A DNA stretch of 64,000 nucleotides, taken from contig OZ252098.1 in the NCBI GenBank assembly GCA_965248355.1, positions 3,008,001-3,072,000 on the forward strand. Reading direction: 5' to 3'. The notes beneath the pieces were generated by a model. That model worked only from the letters and a program-made list of their open reading frames with translations. It made no database searches and was not told the origin of the DNA. Positions within the stretch are counted from its first letter, which is position 1. Every line of letters starts with the position of its first letter. Made by a program: the position numbers and the translations under genes. This document shows, piece by piece, positions 27,233 through 37,266 of the stretch. The DNA comes from Candidatus Latescibacterota bacterium. Lineage in GTDB: Bacteria > Latescibacterota > UBA2968 > UBA8231.

Positions 27233-29479
27233 TTGGGCAAGGAGAGCGATGGCACACCCGGGACGGGCGAAGGGGTTCCTGGCATGGCTTCACGGGAAAT
27301 GGACAAGGCGCCGGATCGACGGCAGGGGGCGCACCGCCCCGGGGCGCCGGGGTTGACCGACCTGTCAGCGGGCGATCTCCGCCTGCTCCTCAACGGCGAG
27401 TGGGAGTTCGCCGAGGGCCCCGACGGAAGCCCCCCGGCGGCCGGCTGGGGGCGGGTCCGGGTGCCCCACCGCTCCCGCGAGTTCGAGGACGAGCCCCCCG
27501 CCTCGGGCTGGTACCGCACCACCCTCGAGGTTCCCGCCGACTGGGAGATCGGAGACCGCCGCCTCGTTCTCGACCCGGGGCGGGTCCGCCACTTCGGCCG
27601 CCTCTACCTCGACGGGGGGTCCATCGGCGAGCATCGCGGCATGCGCCTTCCCTGGCGCCTCGACCTCACCTCCCTCGTCGATCCCGGCTCCGTCCACGAG
27701 CTGCTGCTCTTCACCCACAGCTGCACCGGCCCCTACGCTCATCCCACCAGGACCTCCCTCAGCGAGGACGCGGAGACCGCCCTCGACACCCGCTTCTGGC
27801 ACACGAGCGCCGCCACCATCGGCCTGGAGTCCGACATCCGGCTGAGCCTGGAGTCCCGGGTGCGGATCGAGGACGTGCACGTGACCACCTCGGTGCGCGA
27901 GGGCACGCTCACCGCCGACCTTACGGTGCGCAACGCCCGGGAGACGCCCTTCGCGGGCCAGGTTCGGCTGCGGGTCCGGCGCGAGGGCGGGACCGTGTTG
28001 GAGTTGCCGGGTTGCGCCGTCGAGGTGGCGCCGGGGGCGGCTCAGCGCGTGAGCGCGTCAGCCCCGTGGAAGGACCCCGTGATCTGGGGCCGCCCGCCGT
28101 ACGGCGAGCCCGTCCTCTACTTCCTGGAATCGGTCCTGCACGAGGCCGGCCCGGGGCCGGCGGCGGGACCGGCCGTGCACGCCGAGGTGACCCGCTTCGG
28201 CTTCCGCGAGATCTGGGCCGAGGGCGACCGGCTGCTGCTCAACGGCACCCGGCTCATGCCCTGGGGCGACCACACCGTGCCGTACGTGTACGAGCGCCAG
28301 TGGCTGACGCGGAAGTTCGTCGACCTGGCCGACGCCAACGTCAGCATCGTCGAGCACCACCGCTACGATCCGCCCTCCGTGCTCTACGACGTGGCCGACG
28401 AGCTGGGCGTCTTCGTGGTGGGCGCCAACTTCTGCGTCGGCACGGGACAGGTCTTCCCCCCGGACATGGACCCCGCGGAGAAGGCGCTGGTCATGGAGCA
28501 CCACCTGACCGTGGCCGACCACTGGATCCGCCGGGTCCGCAACCATCCGTCGATCCTGTTCTGGGACATCACCGACGCGCGGGATCCCGGATACTGCGTG
28601 CCCCTCCTGCGCAAGGTGAAGGAGCTGGACGAGAGCCGCATCGCCGAGGTGACCTTCGACCCTTCCGTGGCGGACGCCGAGCTGATCGAGCTGATCGACT
28701 GCTACCGGCTGTTCAGCAGCCTCGAGAGCATCGAGCAGAGCATGGAGACGATCCGCGGGGAGCTGCCCGTGAAGCCGGTGCGCGTGGGCGAGGCCGGCAT
28801 CTTCGAGAAGGGCAGCTGGGGCGACGACGAGGAACCGCCTCTGCAGAAGGGCTGGTGGGAGTTCCTGACCACCATGGGGGAGCGCAACATCCACGGCCTG
28901 CAGACCTTCTTCCTCGCCGACATGGACTACCGCGGCTTCGAGGACTCGGTGCCCGGCATGCTCGCCGCTGACCTGGATTTCCAGGTCTCCTGGCCGTCGC
29001 AGTCCGGCGCCGACGCCCGCATCGACCCCTTCTCCGAGGACACGCCCGCCGCCCGCGGCAAGCGCCGCCTCAGCCTCAACTGGTGCGACCCGAAGCAGCC
29101 GGTGTCGCGGCCCACGGCCACGGCCGCCTGGTGGCGGCACCTCTTCCGCCGGATCGCCGGGCGCGACGTGGGGCCCCTGGCGAGCGAGCGGGTGCCGGAG
29201 GTGCTCGTGCGCGTGACCCGCGGCGGCGAGCCGGTCCCCGGGGCCTGCGTCCTGGCGGCTCCGCTGGCCGGGCAGACGGTCCCGCCCCACGCCGTGCGGG
29301 CGGACCTGCAAGGCACGTCGTGGTTCGTGCTGCCCGAGGCGGGGGCCTACCGCTTCACCTGCGGGGGCTCGGGCGTGGAGGTGGAGACCCGCAGGCGGCC
29401 GACCCGGGCGCCGGGTGGGTACGGCCACGTGCAGGAGGTGATCCTGTCCGTGCCGGAGGGCGGCGGCGGGCCTCGGTGA
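27233..29479 (+). CDS. Glycoside hydrolase family 2-like protein
   Basis: LNGEWEF, FGFREI, LLLNG, DELGVFV, RNHPSILFW. The true start may be up to about 120 nt downstream. Confidence 0.8.
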   Translation: MGKESDGTPGTGEGVPGMASREMDKAPDRRQGAHRPGAPGLTDLSAGDLRLLLNGEWEFAEGPDGSPPAAGWGRVRVPHRSREFEDEPPASGWYRTTLEVPADWEIGDRRLVLDPGRVRHFGRLYLDGGSIGEHRGMRLPWRLDLTSLVDPGSVHELLLFTHSCTGPYAHPTRTSLSEDAETALDTRFWHTSAATIGLESDIRLSLESRVRIEDVHVTTSVREGTLTADLTVRNARETPFAGQVRLRVRREGGTVLELPGCAVEVAPGAAQRVSASAPWKDPVIWGRPPYGEPVLYFLESVLHEAGPGPAAGPAVHAEVTRFGFREIWAEGDRLLLNGTRLMPWGDHTVPYVYERQWLTRKFVDLADANVSIVEHHRYDPPSVLYDVADELGVFVVGANFCVGTGQVFPPDMDPAEKALVMEHHLTVADHWIRRVRNHPSILFWDITDARDPGYCVPLLRKVKELDESRIAEVTFDPSVADAELIELIDCYRLFSSLESIEQSMETIRGELPVKPVRVGEAGIFEKGSWGDDEEPPLQKGWWEFLTTMGERNIHGLQTFFLADMDYRGFEDSVPGMLAADLDFQVSWPSQSGADARIDPFSEDTPAARGKRRLSLNWCDPKQPVSRPTATAAWWRHLFRRIAGRDVGPLASERVPEVLVRVTRGGEPVPGACVLAAPLAGQTVPPHAVRADLQGTSWFVLPEAGAYRFTCGGSGVEVETRRRPTRAPGGYGHVQEVILSVPEGGGGPR

Positions 29480-29645
29480 CGGATGTCGCTGATGGAGTCT
29501 GAGGGCGGCCTTCAGAGACTCGGGTGGATGGCGGAGAAGCGGCTCCTCCAGCCCAGAGCTGTGGCCTTGCTTCACCGAGAGTGCGGAGCGTACTTCTTTC
29601 GATTGGAAACGCACGGTACCCTTGTCTTAGGAGGAGGCAAATCCC

Positions 29646-29873
29646 ATGTCCAAGAAGAGCCAGCATGTGACCCCACGGGACGGGGGGAAATGGGCTGTCA
29701 GGAGTTCGGGATCCTCGCGAGCTTCGAGTGTACACCAGAATCAAAGAGAGGCCATTGCGGAGGCGCGACGGATTGCTAAAGCCCAGAAGACGGAGTTGTA
29801 TGTCCATGGGCGTGACGGACGGATCAGGGACCGAAGCTCCTATGGCAACGACCCACATCCTCCCAAGGGCTAG
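29646..29873 (+). CDS. DUF2188 domain protein
   Basis: QHVTP...WAV...QREAI...VHGRDGRIRDRSSYGNDPHPPKG. AGGAGG RBS. Confidence 0.85.
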   Translation: MSKKSQHVTPRDGGKWAVRSSGSSRASSVHQNQREAIAEARRIAKAQKTELYVHGRDGRIRDRSSYGNDPHPPKG

Positions 29874-29876
29874 CCA

Positions 29877-30505
29877 TTGTCGCAACCTCCCTTCGAGAAA
29901 TCGGTCTTTATCAATTGTCCCTTTGATAAAGACTACGAGCCAATTCTGCAGGCGATTCTCTTCTGTGTCCTCTATTTGGGTTACTATCCCAGGATTTCGA
30001 CGGAACAGAGTAACTCATTCCAGAGCAGGATAGACAGAATTCAAGACTTGATAAGAGACTCGAAATACTCAATCCATGACTAAGCAGATGTCAGGCGGTT
30101 GAGAAGGGGGACTACTTCAGACTGAACATGCCCTTTGAACTCGGAATGGATTTTGGTTGTCGGCAGTACTCCGGCGATGCAAAGGGCGACAAGAGAGGTC
30201 TTGTTCTGGAAGAGGAGAAGTACCGATACCATGCCGCGATTTCTGATTTCTCGGGCTTCGATATCCAACATCACCGAGGGGACTATCGTGAGGTAGTGAG
30301 AAAGGTACGCAATTGGTTTGCAAACGAAGCGGGTACGAAGGTCGATGGAGCCGGACGAATCGTGAATGCCTACGAAGACTTCCAGGAGTGGCATTACAAT
30401 AGGCAATTGTGCAGAGGCTTCACTGAGAGAGACATTCAGGACTATCCTACCAATGAGTTGGTGGCGGCCATGAAGGAGTGGATTTCAAAGGACGGCCCGG
30501 CATAA
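29877..30505 (+). pseudogene. TIR/nucleoside-deoxyribosyltransferase-like protein, one-base frameshift near 30080
   Basis: VFINCPFD...SKYSIHD then stop. Adding one C restores IHDLSRCQAVEKGDYFRLNMPFELGMDFG. Low GC. Confidence 0.65.
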
Positions 30506-30630
30506 GCACGAAGGGTGTAACCCATCCCCTGCCAGATTCCCGACCCAGTCAAGTAGAGTTCCCAACTGCAGTACGCCCGGCCCCCCCGGGCTTCATCCGA
30601 TTTCGAACCCACCTCTTGAAGGACACTCCC

Positions 30631-31038
30631 ATGCATCGCAAGCAGCCCTCCACCACCGACAATCTGTTCGAAGGCCTCCGGCGGCTGTCGAGGTTCGTCC
30701 TCCGCCTGATCGCCTCCCTGCTGTGCGCCGGGCTGATCGCCGCGGCGGCGCCGGCGGCGGCCCAGGACGGCGATGACGACTGCGCCAACGGCGTGGTCGT
30801 GCCGGATCCGCAAACCGCCCACCGCGTGGCCGACGCCGGTCCGGTGCGGGTCGAGAGCTACAACCTCCTCGGCCAGCCGGTGAACACCCTTGTCGATGAG
30901 GTCCAGTCCGCCGGCCGGTACCAGGCTTCCTGGGACGCCCGCGACCGGCAGGGGCGGCAGGTGGTGACGGGGGTCTACCTGATGCAGCTGCACTACCCCG
31001 GCGGGACCGAGGCGCGGCAGCTGCTCTACCTCAAGTAA
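30631..31038 (+). CDS. Short secreted protein with an FlgD-Ig/T9SS-like C-terminal domain, probably an internally deleted relic
   Basis: Signal peptide and CANGVVVPDP joined almost directly to YNLLGQPVNTLVDEVQSAGRYQASWD...GVYL. Confidence 0.55.
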   Translation: MHRKQPSTTDNLFEGLRRLSRFVLRLIASLLCAGLIAAAAPAAAQDGDDDCANGVVVPDPQTAHRVADAGPVRVESYNLLGQPVNTLVDEVQSAGRYQASWDARDRQGRQVVTGVYLMQLHYPGGTEARQLLYLK

Positions 31039-31071
31039 GGCTCGCCGCGGCGTGCAGCGGTCAGGCTCGCG

Positions 31072-32436
31072 CTAAAGGCTCCGCAGGGCGAAGAGATCGG
31101 CGTCCTGCAGCGCCACCCGCAGGCGGACCGGACGCCCCCGCAGGCCGGAGAGATCGCCCCCCGCCTTCCAGGCCACCGGCGCGTCGAGCTGGTCTCCGAA
31201 GACCGGGTCCATCTCCTCCAGCGACAAGCCCGGCAGCGGCTGGCCCGACTCGTCCTGAACCTCCACCCGCAGCGATCCCGCCGCCGAGGTGGCGTAGTTC
31301 AGCCGCAGGGCGTCTCCCACGAGCAACAGCGGCCGGGTGACCAGCTCGCCCCCTCCGTACCCGGCCCGCACCGAGGCGAGACCGTGGGGCCGCACCACCA
31401 CGCGGCGCAGGCGGTTCGTCGACCACCCGTAGTTCTCCGAGATGTACATGGACCACTCGTCGGCGGCCGTCTGCACCAGGCCGGGGGCGGGGGTGCAGCT
31501 GCGGTGGGACCAGTTGCGCTGGTCCCGGCCGGGCCGCAGCCAGGCCTCCATGAAGGTGCGGTCCCAGTGGACGCCGTCGCGGCTGGTCATGAAGACGGCG
31601 TCGGAGAGGCCGGACCCCGGGTAGGGCATGCCCGCCGTGTCGAGCTCGCGCTCGGGCAGGAAGCGCATGGGGAAGGAGAGGAGGATGTGCTCGGCGCCGG
31701 GGCAGGGCGTGGTGGCGTTGGTGTAGAAGTGCTCCAGCGGCACGCCGTCGGCGTACTGGTGGGGCTGCGGCTCGGTCCAGTGGACGAAGTCCTCGGAGGT
31801 GCAGCTCTGGATCGCCCGCACCCGGCCGCCCTCGGTCTCGAAGTAGCGGCTGAAGAGGCGGTAACGCCCGACGTGGGGATCCCACAGGGGGACGTTGAGG
31901 GAGTCGAAGGCGCCGGTCACCTCCAGGGGCCCCTCCTTCACCGGGGTCCAGCGCAGGCCGTCGGGCGAGGCGAAGCCGTGCAGGTTCGACCGGCCCGTGC
32001 CGCCAACGGCCTTGAAGCGCTGCTCCGGGTCGGCGGTCGGGTTGGAGTCGAGGAAGACGCAGAAGTTGTGGCTCTCGTGGCCCTGGATGAGGACGTTGTT
32101 CCGGCGCGTGCCCGCGAACTCCACCAGGCCCAGCTCAGGGTGCTCGAAGCGGATGCCGTCGCGGCTGACCGCCAGATTGGTGGTCTGGCTGGCGGCGCCG
32201 TCGGCGTAGTCGCCGCCGATGGGGTAGAAGCCGCGGTAGTAGAGCAGGATCCGGTCCCCTTCCTGCACCAGGTTGTAGCAGGCGGTGCAGGCGCTCTCCC
32301 AGGGCTGGGAGACCTGGAAGACCACCTCCCTGCGCTCCGGCGGGTGCAGGTGCAGGGCGGCCCCCTCGAGGCGGTCCACGAGAAAGCGGTCGACGAACAG
32401 CTCCCGGCGGGAGCCCAGGGTGGCGGGCGCGGTCAT
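31072..32436 (-). CDS. Beta-propeller glycoside hydrolase-like protein
   Basis: RELFVDRFL N-terminus, repeated SxDGxxW Asp-box motifs, GELVTRPL...ADLFALR C-terminal domain. Confidence 0.7.
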   Translation of the reverse strand: MTAPATLGSRRELFVDRFLVDRLEGAALHLHPPERREVVFQVSQPWESACTACYNLVQEGDRILLYYRGFYPIGGDYADGAASQTTNLAVSRDGIRFEHPELGLVEFAGTRRNNVLIQGHESHNFCVFLDSNPTADPEQRFKAVGGTGRSNLHGFASPDGLRWTPVKEGPLEVTGAFDSLNVPLWDPHVGRYRLFSRYFETEGGRVRAIQSCTSEDFVHWTEPQPHQYADGVPLEHFYTNATTPCPGAEHILLSFPMRFLPERELDTAGMPYPGSGLSDAVFMTSRDGVHWDRTFMEAWLRPGRDQRNWSHRSCTPAPGLVQTAADEWSMYISENYGWSTNRLRRVVVRPHGLASVRAGYGGGELVTRPLLLVGDALRLNYATSAAGSLRVEVQDESGQPLPGLSLEEMDPVFGDQLDAPVAWKAGGDLSGLRGRPVRLRVALQDADLFALRSL

Positions 32437-32483
32437 GGCATACCTTTCGGTTAGACCAACTCCCGCAACGAAAGGACGAAGCC

Positions 32484-32672
32484 ATGCCCTTCATCAACGT
32501 CAAGATGATCGAAGGCCGCACCACCGAGCAGAAGCGCCAGCTGGCCAAGGCCCTCACCGAGGCGATCGTGGAGATCTGCGGCGCCAAGCGCGAGGGGACC
32601 ATGGTGGTCATCGAGGACCACGCCAAGGAGGACTGGGCCGTGGGCGGGGTGACCATAGCTGACCGGGGATAG
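32484..32672 (+). CDS. 4-oxalocrotonate tautomerase family protein
   Basis: Pro1 start (MPFINVKMIEGRTTEQKR) and WAVGG. 62 aa. Confidence 0.92.
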   Translation: MPFINVKMIEGRTTEQKRQLAKALTEAIVEICGAKREGTMVVIEDHAKEDWAVGGVTIADRG

Positions 32673-32673
32673 C

Positions 32674-32704
32674 TGTCGTCACTTTACCGCGAAAAATGAC
32701 GACA
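32674..32704. terminator. Candidate hairpin between convergent genes
   Basis: tgtcgtca...tgacgaca inverted repeat right after the tautomerase stop. Confidence 0.4.
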
Positions 32705-32754
32705 AGGTAGTCGTACTGCACGAGGACGCCCTGTGGCCGTGAGGGGCGGGCCGG

Positions 32755-33891
32755 TTAGTGCAGCCGGCGGTACCGCACGTCCCGGAAGGCCGTGCTGCAC
32801 TCCCACACCAACAGGCCGAAGGCGCCCATGCGGAAGGTCTCGTCGGTGAGCTGGTTGACCAGCTTCCCGTCTACGTACGAGGTAAGAGAGGCCCCGCGGG
32901 CGGCGACCTGGATCTCGTACTCCTGGCCCCTGTGAAGGGCGTGGTTCACCACGCTCAGCTTGGTGACCCGGCCGTCCATCACCCGGCTGATGCCGACCGC
33001 CTGCCATCCCAGGAGAAAGTCGAACAGGTAGTAGCTGCGCTCGTCCGAGGAGATGCGGAAGGCCGCCTGGGCGTTCCCGCCTGAGATCGGCGTCATCAGG
33101 AAGGAGAGCTCGTAGTCGGTCCAGGTGGGCTCGCCGGCGATCAGCGAAGGCGGTTCCTCGCCGGGTTCGCCGCTCTCGCCAACGATGGCGTTGCCTTCCA
33201 CTCTCCAGGTCTTCTCCAGGGCCTCCCGGTCCGACCACGAGGGCGGACGCCAGGAGGAGAGTTCCGGGTCGGCTGGAACCACCTGCCAGTTGATGAGGCC
33301 CCGCATCCCTCCGATGACGTCGCGTGGAGAGCTCTCGGGAGATTCGCTGCGCTCGTGCGATTCCCGTGACATGTTGCGGATCCTTTCTCGCATCAGTCTG
33401 CGCGATCTGTGAAGGCGGCTCTTTGCGGTGCCGACGGGTATGTCCAGCCGCTCCGCGATTCGATTGAGTTCCATGCCGGTCAGGTAGAACAGGGTGACCA
33501 CGGCCCTGTCCGGCGGCGCGAGGGTGTTGACCAGGGCCTTGAGTTCCCTGTACCCGAGAAGCGATCCCAGGTCCGGATCGGCCACACTGCGGCTCAGCTC
33601 GTGCTCCGGCAGGCGTTGTTGCTCGAGCCGCCTCTGGCGCAGCATCTTCCGGGCGGCGTTGCGGGCGATGGCGTGGAGCCAAGCCGGAAGCCGGTCCGGG
33701 TCCTTCAGTTCGTCGAGGCGCCGGCAGGCCCTGATGAACGCCTCCTGCGCCGCATCCTCGACGTCGTCGGGATCGTCGAGAAGGGGCGAAACGGTCCTGA
33801 CGACGCCCGCCCAGTGCTTGTCCACGAGCCGGCGGAAGGCATCCTGACTCCCCTGCCTGCACCCGGCGACGATGTCCTGGTCTGAAATCAC
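32755..33891 (-). CDS. ECF sigma-70 factor fused to a DUF1080-like (ConA-fold) domain
   Basis: Region 2 (DVEDAAQEAF, WLHAIARN) and region 4 (IAERLDIPVGTAKSRLHRSR). C-terminal WRVEGNAIVG...WTDYEL...YVDGKLV...GAFGL...FRDVR. Confidence 0.8.
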   Translation of the reverse strand: MISDQDIVAGCRQGSQDAFRRLVDKHWAGVVRTVSPLLDDPDDVEDAAQEAFIRACRRLDELKDPDRLPAWLHAIARNAARKMLRQRRLEQQRLPEHELSRSVADPDLGSLLGYRELKALVNTLAPPDRAVVTLFYLTGMELNRIAERLDIPVGTAKSRLHRSRRLMRERIRNMSRESHERSESPESSPRDVIGGMRGLINWQVVPADPELSSWRPPSWSDREALEKTWRVEGNAIVGESGEPGEEPPSLIAGEPTWTDYELSFLMTPISGGNAQAAFRISSDERSYYLFDFLLGWQAVGISRVMDGRVTKLSVVNHALHRGQEYEIQVAARGASLTSYVDGKLVNQLTDETFRMGAFGLLVWECSTAFRDVRYRRLH

Positions 33892-33909
33892 CCCATTGCC
33901 TCACACCCT

Positions 33910-33936
33910 GTAGATCCGGGAAGCCGGCGCAGGTTC
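33910..33936 (-). promoter_or_regulatory. SigmaE-type promoter upstream of the ECF gene, likely autoregulatory
   Basis: GAACCT-N16-TCTAC on the minus strand, ending 19 nt before the start codon. Confidence 0.55.
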
Positions 33937-33956
33937 ACGAAGAGAGGAAGGAAAGC

Positions 33957-34607
33957 ATGCCGGTCTTTCGCGCGGGACCCGGCCAGGCGCCAGCCTGGTG
34001 CGAGATGCGCCAGTTCGACATCGTCCGCCTGCCCGCGGGCGCCGCCCGCTACGACTTCGGCCGCGCCGGCCCCAGGGAAAAGCTGATCGTCGGAGAGGGA
34101 GCCTGCACGGTGGCCGCGGCCGGCCGCGAGCAGGCCGCCGTCAAGGGAGCCAACATCGACCTGCCGGCCGGGGAAGGGACAGCCGGGTTCAGCATCCTCG
34201 AGGTCACCGAGGACGCCACCCTGATTCGCATGGCCGGCCACTGGGGCGACGAGGTCGGCGGCTCCGGGCTGTTCTCGGTGGAGGAGGCGGCCGACGGCGA
34301 CCGCGCCGACCGGGGCGATCCCGTCCCCTACGAGAAGCGGACCTCCTTCGACTGCCACTTCCACGACTGCGACGAGTACTGGATCCTCTTCGCCGGCCGG
34401 GGCGTCGCTGTCTCGGAGGGGAAGCGCTACGAGGTCACCTCAGGCGACTGCGTGGCCACCGGCATGGGCCACCACCACGACTTCCCGATTGTCCACGAAC
34501 CGGTGCGGGCCGTCTACTTCGAGACCACCATGGAGGGGCGGAGGCGCCGGGGGCATCTGTGGGACCACACGCATGGGTGGGCGCAGCCGAGGGCGGAGCG
34601 GGTTTGA
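33957..34607 (+). CDS. Cupin domain protein
   Basis: HFHDCDEYW and GDCVATGMGHHH metal-binding motifs. Confidence 0.75.
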   Translation: MPVFRAGPGQAPAWCEMRQFDIVRLPAGAARYDFGRAGPREKLIVGEGACTVAAAGREQAAVKGANIDLPAGEGTAGFSILEVTEDATLIRMAGHWGDEVGGSGLFSVEEAADGDRADRGDPVPYEKRTSFDCHFHDCDEYWILFAGRGVAVSEGKRYEVTSGDCVATGMGHHHDFPIVHEPVRAVYFETTMEGRRRRGHLWDHTHGWAQPRAERV

Positions 34608-37266
34608 ACCCTCTACAGTGCGCAGACATAGTTGCCGGGCGGTCTTGCAGCTATTGGGGCGGATCAAACCAGTGTTGGCCCTCCGCTACTTCTGCCACCC
34701 GTGGTGTGCGTTCCACCAAATGGCTCGAGTACGCCTGATTACAGAGCGCCACCAACTGACCGGTGTGCCTGTTACATCCTGTAAGCACATCCTTGGCTAC
34801 CACCTCCGGAACAAGGCTCTGCCCCGGAGGTGACGAGGGGAAATAGATTCCGGTGCCAGTTTCTCTGGCCCGCTTAGACAATTCAACCAGGTGACCCCAG
34901 TCTATCTCACTGGGCGTTGACTCCTGTAGTTCGATCCTTCCTGCTATCCCAATGACCTCAGGGTTGTTACCGGTGTAATTGGCGAAGTATCTCCTCCCGA
35001 ATTGCCGCGCGACGTTTTTGTCCGCAATTCTATGAAGGAATAGGGATGCCACTTCCGCTGATAGCTGTGTCTCGTCATGGAGGTGCTGACCACTCACTTC
35101 GGGGCGTTCCGTCCTAGGAACGCGCCCAATCACCTCCGAAATAGAGCGCAGGCTGCGCCGGCCCCTGGCATCCAGTGCATCCACCAACTCCTGTACTTCG
35201 GACTTCAGCGAGAGTATCAATTCGGCCGTTCCCCAATTGAGCAGGACGGCCAAGCAGGGCACTGCACCTTCCCCCCTTGCTGTTTGCAGAGCCTCGTTCC
35301 ACCACCCTTGGTCCCCCACCATGTGTCGCGCATAGAATAGCCGCTTCACCAGACCCCTCGTGGCTACGAAGCCATCATCGTCCCATGATCCAGCTCTCGG
35401 ATCCGCTCTCAGGGCTGACGCCAGAGCGGCAACCTCCACCATCAAATGGGAACCTTCACACACCTCCAATCCTCGGTTAACCAGGGTATCCCAGTGATTC
35501 AAGGACTCTTGCCACTCGCCGGCGCTCTGGCTAAGGCCTTCGGAGAGTTCTCGGACGAATCCACCTAAAGCCGGTTGCAGTGTCCCAACATGGAAATCAC
35601 GTAGCTGTTCTAGCATCCGAGATGAACCAGACCGGAGTCGCCCGGCCACAGCAGATCCCGCGACATACTGTCCCTTGATCGATAGCAACCCGGCAAGTGC
35701 ATGTAATCGAAGTATCGTGGTAAGAGCTTCAAGCAGATTTACCGGATCTGACTGCACCCGCCGCCGAAGGGGAAAACCCAGCACGCCCGCAAAAGTGGCC
35801 TTGATGGCCAATCTCATAAGCTGAGGATCACTCATGACGTCCCCGTGCCTGCCTGCTCGAACTAACCAATCCATGCGAGCCATTGGGTCGTTGTTGGCTA
35901 AGGCCTGAATCTCTGTAGGAGTGAAGGTCTCAACAATCCCCAGCAGACTCGCCTCCCACAGGGCTTCTCTCCCGGTCAAACCTTCCCTAGATCTGCGTCG
36001 CAAAAGGTCCTGCAAGGAGCTCGTATCGGCGTTGTCCGCTAGGATCCGGAAGAGAGCGCGGCGTTGGGCGAAGTCCTCCTGACCTTCCAACTTTTCGCTG
36101 CAGGCCTCGAAGAGACGCTCCCGCCCGGCCCCAGATGGCAGCGCGTGATCTCCCCTCCTATGCAGTTCTGCCGAATAAAGAAAGCGCTGGAACCCCGGCT
36201 CACTCGTCACAAATGCCAGGAGGCGCTCCATCGGCATTGGTACTTGGGAGAAGACACGATCTGAAAGCAGCATCATGGCCAGGTATCTGGGCTGGGCAAT
36301 CAGGTCCCACTCTTCGGACTTGCCTAGTTCTGCAATCTCGTCGACCAAACTGGCCAGTTCTCCAACTTCATGAAAGCCACAGTAAAAGCGTGTTACGTTT
36401 GTCCAATAGAAGCTTCGTGCTAGCGTTCGAAAGCGTTCCGGACGAGTTCCCTTGATGCCGCTGCCCACGGGAGCATAGGGGGCGGTCATGTACAGGTGCC
36501 TCGCCGCGAAAAACTCCCTCAAGGGCTGGACTTCAAACTCAAAGGTGCCCTCTACTCTTGAAACTAGCGCACAGAGGCGCTCCACCGCGCCCGAGAGAAG
36601 CTCATTGGCAAGACTAGAATCGTGACCCTGGACTTCCAAATAGTGGCGTATCTCTTGGTGAAGGTCCTCGCGACTCATCCTACCCGAGCCTCCACTCCCC
36701 TCAGCCACTGAATGAAGGGTCCATGCAATCATGCCATGAATGGAGAGCAACAAATCCCGGTGATCTCTTACAACCGGTGACTTCTCCGCCTCCCGGTTAA
36801 AGAAGAGGTTGGTGTATTCTCGATAGAGGGCGGTTCTCTTCTCAGGGAGAGCCGCACCTTGCACGTGGAGCAGATGTAGCAAAATGGAGAGTTGCATGGG
36901 ATTTCGCGCCAAGTCACGAAGATGAGGCTGTTGAAGCTTCAACTCGAGTGTCGCCTTCAATTGGCTGGCCTCATGATCAGTAAGACCCTGGGCATCTATC
37001 CACTTGTCCCTGTAGAGTTGGATGTCGGTGTGGCGCAGGTTGCGCAATTCCAGGTGGGTCCAGTGCTCCGCAGGAAAGACGGGGGAGTTGGCGAAGGCAG
37101 CGGGACGACTAGTAACAATCAGGAGTAGGGACTTAGCATAGGCGTCGAGGCGAGCGGAAGCATCGCAGATCTCCTGGACAAGGGCGGTGACGTGTAGAAA
37201 TGTTCGCGACCTCATCAAGACCATCGAGTACGATGACGGTATGTGAGCGCCTCAATAGGCTAGCTA

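Noticed and set aside
26064..29512. 14-bp inverted match (26064-26077 and 29499-29512) near two cassette edges
   Set aside because: Matches of this length are expected by chance in a GC-rich 64-kb window. There is no target duplication or transposase.
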